From positions 169,694,001-169,758,000 of the forward strand of contig NC_091984.1 of NCBI RefSeq assembly GCF_044704955.1: DNA of 64,000 bases. Reading direction: 5' to 3'. Below are positions 62,251 to 64,000 of this stretch, one piece after another. The stretch comes from Pristiophorus japonicus (lineage: Eukaryota). The position numbers and the translations under genes are program-made. The notes under the pieces were generated by a model, which worked only from the letters and a program-made list of their open reading frames with translations, was not told the DNA's origin and made no database searches. Numbering within the stretch: position 1 is the stretch's first letter; every line of letters begins with the position of its first letter.

Positions 62251-62981
62251 AGTACTGTAACACACAACTTCAAAACCTACTAGATCATTGGATGTACTAC
62301 AGAAGTTAGGTATTAAGTTAGTGATATCTTTTCTAAATACTTGTATGTATATGTAATTACCAATTAAAAAAAATTACATTCCAGACTAAACACTTTGTTG
62401 CAGATGCCAAAAAATTATTTTTTTTCATGAAAACTAGTCATTTTATGCAGGGTTCTTCAAACCCAAAGGCAGAAATTTACAAGCAGCTACAACTGCTCTC
62501 TAATTGACCTCTGGAGTTTACAACTAGCTACAATTACCTCATGTGGCAATTTAGACAACTTCCCCAGAGACAGATCAGGCTAAACGCAGCATCATGAGTA
62601 TTTGCTTAAAACTTGAACTATTTTATCTTCAAAATCACATCCACTTTTATCTTTGTATTCTCATTTCCTCTCAATAGTCTTTTACTGTTTTGATACTGAA
62701 AGAATTAAAAGTGAGTGCCTTTGGAGATACAATCAACGGTATCCTTTTTGGTAGCAGTGTAAATGCATTCTATGATCTTTTTGTGTCTTGATACTATAGT
62801 GCTCGAGGAATGGATTGCATCAGGTACGAGAACCTGGTCAGCCTCACAAATGGATTTTATTCTGTCAAAACTCTAAGCATCAATAAGATGAAAACTAAAC
62901 ACCAACTCTGATCTATCAGCAGATTTAGGACCTGGCTTGAGGTCACCACTATTGGAATGTCAAATCAAATTAGACTGCCTC

Positions 62982-63230
62982 TGTTATGTATGTATAATGT
63001 ATGTACAGTAACACTAGATCACTTAACGTACCTTCACACAGTATGCACCATACCTGTACCACCAGAGGGTGCTACTGGTGGAGACCGAAGGGTCACCTGC
63101 ACACTGCAGGTAACCAAGTATAAAAGGGAGCTCACCTCATTGTGTCCTCACTCAAGGAGCTGCAATAAATGGACTAAGGTCACTACAGTTCAAGTACTAT
63201 ACCCTTACTCATATTAGAGTGCTTGCATAT
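62982..63230 (+). mobile_element. solo LTR (Gypsy-like)
   Basis: Starts TGTTATGTATG; TATAAAA and AATAAA; CCTC on both flanks; homologous to 48809-49021. Confidence 0.75.
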
Positions 63231-63444
63231 CCTCAAGCTCACCAAATCAGAAAAACAAAGTTATTAAGAGAACCACGATCGAAACTTTAATACTGGGAGC
63301 TGCATCTGCTTGGACACTGGTCACATGAGCAGGGTTTCCATTTCCGCACTCACTGTTCACATATTTAAAACTGTGGGCTCGTGAGCACAGGTGGATTCCC
63401 TTGTCCATGGTGCAAAAAGCAACAAATTCAAATCTCACTATGGG

Positions 63445-63657
63445 CTGGACACACAGGGTGGTAGAATCTTGGAACTCTTTTCCGCAAACAGCAATTGATG
63501 CTAGATCATTTGCTAATTTTAAATCGGAGATTGATACTTTTTTGTTAATCAAAGGTATTAAGGGATATGGAGTTCGATCGCAGATCAGCCATGATCTCAC
63601 TGAATGGCAGAACAGGCTTGAGGAGCTGAATGGCCGACTCCTGTTCCTATGTTTCTT
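63445..63657 (+). mobile_element. CR1 3' tail
   Basis: THRVVESWNSFPQ...FKSEIDTFL; CCTATGTT tail. Confidence 0.85.
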
Positions 63658-64000
63658 CAAGTGACTAATAAATAGTCTTACACTCAACATTGCACAGATG
63701 GTTTCTGCTTTCAGGGAGCACATACATTGTGTTCAGCAGTTATGTGCATCCATTCTTGTGAAGAGGCCACACTTTACAGAGTCAGAAACTGTCCTGTTAG
63801 CAGACAATTCTCAGAGTTGTCTGGAAATTGGTGCTTATAAATATCAAGTCCTTGACATTTGGCTCATTGAGATTTTTTTTCTTCATAATCAATGAGAAAA
63901 GAAAGATCCTGAGGAAAAGAAATACCTGCCAGAAGCACCTCTCAACAAAACACATCGTCCAAAACAGAGAAGTTTGCAATACATTGACTGCAATCACTCA

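Overview
Eukaryotic, repeat-dense intronic/intergenic DNA. The repeat families (SacSINE1/DeuSINE-type SINEs, HER1-like CR1 LINEs, LF-SINE-like relics) point to a cartilaginous fish, probably a shark. Much of the window is nested transposable elements: many CR1 LINEs (three retain an SGNH-esterase ORF1 and the ORF1/ORF2 junction), L2 3' fragments, one RTE LINE with an 11-bp TSD, a decayed hAT/Charlie (SPIN/GTF2IRD2-type) transposase, two PIF/Harbinger remnants (one with both TIRs and a TTA TSD), MITEs, two Gypsy-type solo LTRs, and palindromic Penelope-associated elements. No intact host protein-coding gene is recognisable. There is a candidate minus-strand promoter and first exon ending in ATG|GTGAGT at about 17.7-18.0 kb. 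Best leads: (1) a TTTAAAC/GTTAAAC slippery heptamer in the correct frame at all three CR1 ORF1/ORF2 junctions, suggesting -1 ribosomal frameshifting; (2) solo LTRs carrying CTCF motifs; (3) a hammerhead-like relic inside a fold-back element that CR1 has hit twice at the same position. Family assignments come from recalled motifs, not database searches, and many boundaries are approximate.
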